Assembly (NCBI GenBank): GCA_964036045.1
Contig: OZ038378.1
Coordinates: 185,504,001 to 185,568,000, forward strand
Direction: 5' to 3'
Length of the DNA stretch: 64,000 bases
Source of the DNA: Eutreptiella sp. 'Long Island Sound 2002'
Taxonomy: Eukaryota; Protista; Euglenida
How positions within the stretch are numbered: the stretch's first letter is position 1; each line of letters opens with the position of its first letter. A program made the position numbers and the translations under genes. Positions 60,320 to 64,000 of the stretch are shown here, one piece after another. The notes beneath the pieces are model-generated. The model saw nothing but the letters and a program-made list of their open reading frames with translations. It made no database searches and had not been told where the DNA came from.

Positions 60320-63251
60320 ATGTCCGGTGAGTCCCATTTGTCACCGAAGAAGCGGATCAAGAAGAAGAAGCGGTCGCAGCCGGCAGGGGACTCTGATGAG
60401 CCTCCATCTCAAACGTATTCGCAGTCAACGGACACTGCAAGCCCCCGAACGGATACTTCCGAGGCTGCGCTTTTCTCTCAGTCCCCTCCACCGAAGAAGA
60501 AGAAGAAGATCGTTGCAGAGCAGAGCAGACCAGCGACATCCGCAGAGGTTGAGGAATGGCACGATACTTCTCAGGTCTATCTCGACGAATGGGTTGAGTC
60601 CCGAGAACTTGTTCATTACTCGAAGATCGAACTGGACCGCGACATGAGCTTCGGTCAAACAAGAACGGTTACTACCAAGAAGAAAGCGTTGGTTGGTGAT
60701 GACATCCTTGCTGCTCCACCACCGAAGGACAAATACATCGAATGTTTACTCTTTCCAACAGGTGTACCTTGCTATCGAAATTTCGATTGATTGCCGTGCT
60801 GCGTTACGGACGATTACATCGTACCTTCTATCGAAATTTCGATTGTACGATTCCTCGTCAGGCGCTACATTGAAGTGTCTCGGTGGACAACATGCTTTCG
60901 AATGGACCCAGGATGTACGAAAGAAGTACGAAGAAGAAGGCAAGACACCGCCTCATTGGACAAGGATGTACGACGGGTTGATTTTGAGTGCGGACACACC
61001 CTTTTGGATTCGACAAACCCTCGCTGGGCATCACAACCGGGCATCCCATGGCGGATCTGAGCATACGTTTGAGCAACGACTCCATCGCCTGTTCACCGAG
61101 TGTCACCTCAAAGGTCTTTATCGAAATTTCGATAGCGGGTCCACTTCGGGTAACATTACGTCACCAATTCTTTCCTTATTATCTATGCAGGAGTACCTAC
61201 CCCAAAGGCCGCAACGCTGACAATGATGCACAAGACCGGATACACTGCCGTGCACGGCACAGACGAAGAAGTTGCAAAGCGATGGACGGTTCTTGCAAGT
61301 TTCGTTTCCCAAGTTGAGGACAAAGCGATCATTCCGAAACTCGTCGAGCTTCAGGGGAAGGACGAGTTGAACCCGGTGTTCAACAACTACAAGCCGCTTG
61401 AGGGATTGTATCCGCCGGAGATTGCGCAGGTAGTTACTTTCTTTGCATCATTCTTATTTAAAACAACACAGTCATCTTCGGACATATCTTCACAGGTCTG
61501 TGAAAGGCTGCTGGAAGGAGGTCTGACGCCACCATTGCTTAAGACCTTCGTTCGGAGACTTCGGGAGCAGCGAACTTGTTCTTGGCATTTGGAACATCCG
61601 GACAACCCCTTCGTGCACGAGTCTCGGAAAAACTTTGCGGAGTGGAAGAGAATAACGTCATCACTGTCACCCCAGGATTTCAAGGTGCATATCCCGCGCT
61701 GGAAGTGGACCGAACAGCATCCTTTGCCGCCTTGGACGACCATCAGCAAGGCCCCCATCTGGTCTGATGAGGATTTCAAGACCCTCCGCGAATCCCTCAG
61801 TCAACCGAAGGTGAAGCCTGTGATCAAAAGTACGTCGGCAGAATGTCTGACAGTAACGCTTGGTGAAACCAAACCCGGAGAGGCAGTCTGTGAAGTCCGC
61901 ACCGGGCCAGCTGTCGGTGCAACCCCTGCTGCAATCTCTGGACTGAAACCGAGGATTCTCGTCTATCAGATTCCGAAGGGTACCGCTGCGGGACGCCCCC
62001 TGTGTCCAATGATGTTGTCTTACGTCCTTGATGAGGAGTTGATGCCCGTTCTGCTGTTGGTTGGAGATCGTCCTGACGTCCGCGTTGTTCTGAACGCCAT
62101 CTCTGCGTCAACGGATGATGAGTTCTATACCAGGGACATCGCGTTGTACAATAAAGGGATTTTGACCAGCAATTACACCATGGCAACTTCCCAGCTCGTT
62201 GTCTTGACATTGCGCCATATCAAAGAATGGAAGGTGTGTTCTATCGAAATTTCGATAGCGTCGCTTTGCGTACTTCCTCCTATCGAAATTTCAATTGTTT
62301 TTCTTTTAGCCCCCGAGGTACATTACCTTCGAAGACGAGCGGTACAACAATCCGGCCGAAGATGACAATCGACTCCCTCCAGAGATTCTCGGCTGCATCA
62401 TGCATCAACTCAAATTGGATGTTATCGAAGAAAGCGTCAACGAGATCTGGGTTGCGGTTCAGACTACATCTCCCGTTCTGGTGAGCAACATCCGGCTTCG
62501 TCTCCGTTCTCACGTTAACGTTGCCGTTCTTCTTGGTTTGTCAACGGCTCCAAGCAAAGAACAATTGACGAAGTTTGCTGATGATGGTATGTTGCAAGGC
62601 CTCCCTTCCTGCGCTAGTACAATCAACTCCTCCACTCATTTTTTCCGCTTTTTCTTACAGTTTCAGCTGGCCTTCAAAGGGTACAGGCCCTACCACCGAT
62701 CCAATGGGATCTTGTTCTCGACAGAATGAAGCGGGGTTATCCCCTTGAGGCTCCTGACACTGACGAAGGTATGCATTGAAAGACACCTCATCAAATTTGT
62801 CTTGTTCCTCTCCTTCACTATTTGTTCTGCCACAGATTCTTCGGACGATGACGAAGACAAGGACACAGTCAAGGGTCAAGCGAAGGCAGCGAAGGACGCT
62901 GAGAAAAAAGTCAGCAAGGCCTTGACGAAAGAAGAGAAAAAAGCGGCTGCTCAGGAGAAAGTATGTCTGTTTATATCTACATATCTGCCTCGATGTTTTA
63001 TTTTCTTTAATCATTCTTTCACCCTTCCTCTGCAGAAGGAATCCGAAAAGGCGGCGAAGGAAGCAGCAAAGCAGGCGGCAAAAGAATCGGCGAAAGGTAA
63101 GAAAGAAGGAGCACAGAAGGAAAAAGAGAAGAAGAAGTCTGCTTTTGCTGATTTTCAGGCCAAGTTGTCGAAGGCTGCTACGGATCAGCCCAAGAAGAAG
63201 GGCTCGCCCCACAAGGATTCTCATCCGAGTCGGGCTACCACCAAGAAGTAA
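60320..63251 (+). CDS. Uncharacterised nuclear-like protein of the palindrome element; exons 60320-60761, 60862-61113, 61191-62233 (probable extra in-frame intron 61430-61495), 62310-62586, 62661-62768, 62836-62960, 63036-63251 (820 or 798 aa)
   Basis: Six GT-AG introns of 67-100 nt with pyrimidine tracts and matching phases link the separate ORFs into one frame (2463 nt). NLS-like KKRIKKKKR and PKKKKK; K/E/A-rich tail. Confidence 0.8.
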
Positions 63252-64000
63252 TCGAGCATATGTCATATTTCTAGTCTCCGTTTTTTATTTCTCCTGGTGA
63301 TATGTTGTTGCTTTCTCTATCGAAATTTCGATAGAAACCTTGTTTCGATGACCACCGATGCTGTGTTTTCGTCAATCGAAATTTCGATTGGCCCCCGCCC
63401 GTCAGATTTTTATGTTTTAATCCTATCGAGATTTCGATAGGCATCGACGACAGATTCCTTTCTATATTATGCTATCGAAATTTCGATAGCATCTTGCCCG
63501 GAGTAATATGTCTTTCACTGCTGAAAGGCTCATCGTTACTTGAAGTGAGCACTCCTTGAGCTGCTCGGCACAATCACCGAGTACACAGATGGCATCATTT
63601 GAAAGAGATCATCAGAAATTGTCCTTATTCGTTTTGGCCCTATGCTCTGCGTGCCTGTTTTGCGTGTGACGTTTATGCGTTGTCAATAACTGTCAGGTTT
63701 CTACGAGGTTTTTAAAATGTTTTCAATTGTCCATCTCAATTTTCCCCTCTACCCTACCCCCTACAAATCAGCTATGTCCCCTACCCCCGATTTCGAGGTT
63801 CTCCCACCACATTTCTTCCCTTCCCATAGTAAATACCCCACTTTTGACTATTGTTTTTCGGCTACGTTTTTCCTCAGTTTGTGTCTCACGGACCGGAAAT
63901 CGAGGTAAAATTTTTTGTTACTTCAAATTTCGGTGCTGTAGCTCGACTTTTTTCGGTTCGCCTGTCACGATTTAGATAGCCGGAGGCAGGTTTTCCGGGT

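Larger units (their letters stand above)
57118..63487 (+). mobile_element. Putative large DNA transposon (Academ-like) marked by ATCGAAATTTCGAT palindromes; true ends not found
   Basis: Palindrome clusters flank and separate two genes. Composition and intron size differ from the host genes, and one gene is transposase-like. No TIR or TSD identified within the window. Confidence 0.55.
57219..63487. repeat. Dispersed 14-bp palindrome ATCGAAATTTCGAT: 14 perfect copies plus 6 variants
   Basis: Perfect at 57219, 57270, 57495, 57569, 59867, 60068, 60096, 60774, 60830, 61120, 62243, 63319, 63375, 63474. Variants at 57118, 57522, 57594, 57658, 62282, 63425. Counted by eye. Confidence 0.97.

Noticed and set aside
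7443-63035. Euglenid nonconventional (non-GT-AG) introns
   Set aside because: Every gene model closes with GT-AG introns in matching phase, so none was needed.
57219-63487. CRISPR array interpretation of the palindromes
   Set aside because: The unit is only 14 bp, spacing is irregular (about 10 bp to over 2 kb), copies lie in spliceosomal introns, and no cas genes are present.
56800-64000. Terminal inverted repeats for the putative Academ-like element
   Set aside because: Only a short GGGAA..AAGAAATGT resemblance between about 56930 and the reverse complement of about 63810. Not convincing; the right end may lie outside the window.

Overview
Eukaryotic, repeat-rich nuclear DNA, most likely from a euglenid. 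This rests on relics of the euglenid spliced leader (SL) and on GT-AG introns with GTRTG-type donors; no taxonomic search was run. Supported host genes: an intronless nitroreductase, a 2-exon ESCRT-II SNF8/Vps22, an acidic ORF with an RRM-like C-terminus, a 3-exon Schlafen/AlbA_2 protein with a Q/H/P/Y-rich low-complexity region, an intronless 1035-aa secreted CAP-domain protein, an 8-exon arsenite methyltransferase, and one orphan exon. Retroelement remnants and MITE-like repeats lie between them. Two signals stand out. (1) From about 57.1 to 63.5 kb there is a compact two-gene element: a frameshifted DDE transposase-like ORF resembling Academ/DUF6589, plus an unknown gene with small introns. 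It carries about 20 copies of the palindrome ATCGAAATTTCGAT, which avoid every modelled exon and sit only in spacers and introns. (2) SL-like relics lie just upstream of both recognisable intronless genes, suggesting recycling of trans-spliced mRNAs into retrogenes. All exon models were made by hand from reading frame and splice-site logic.
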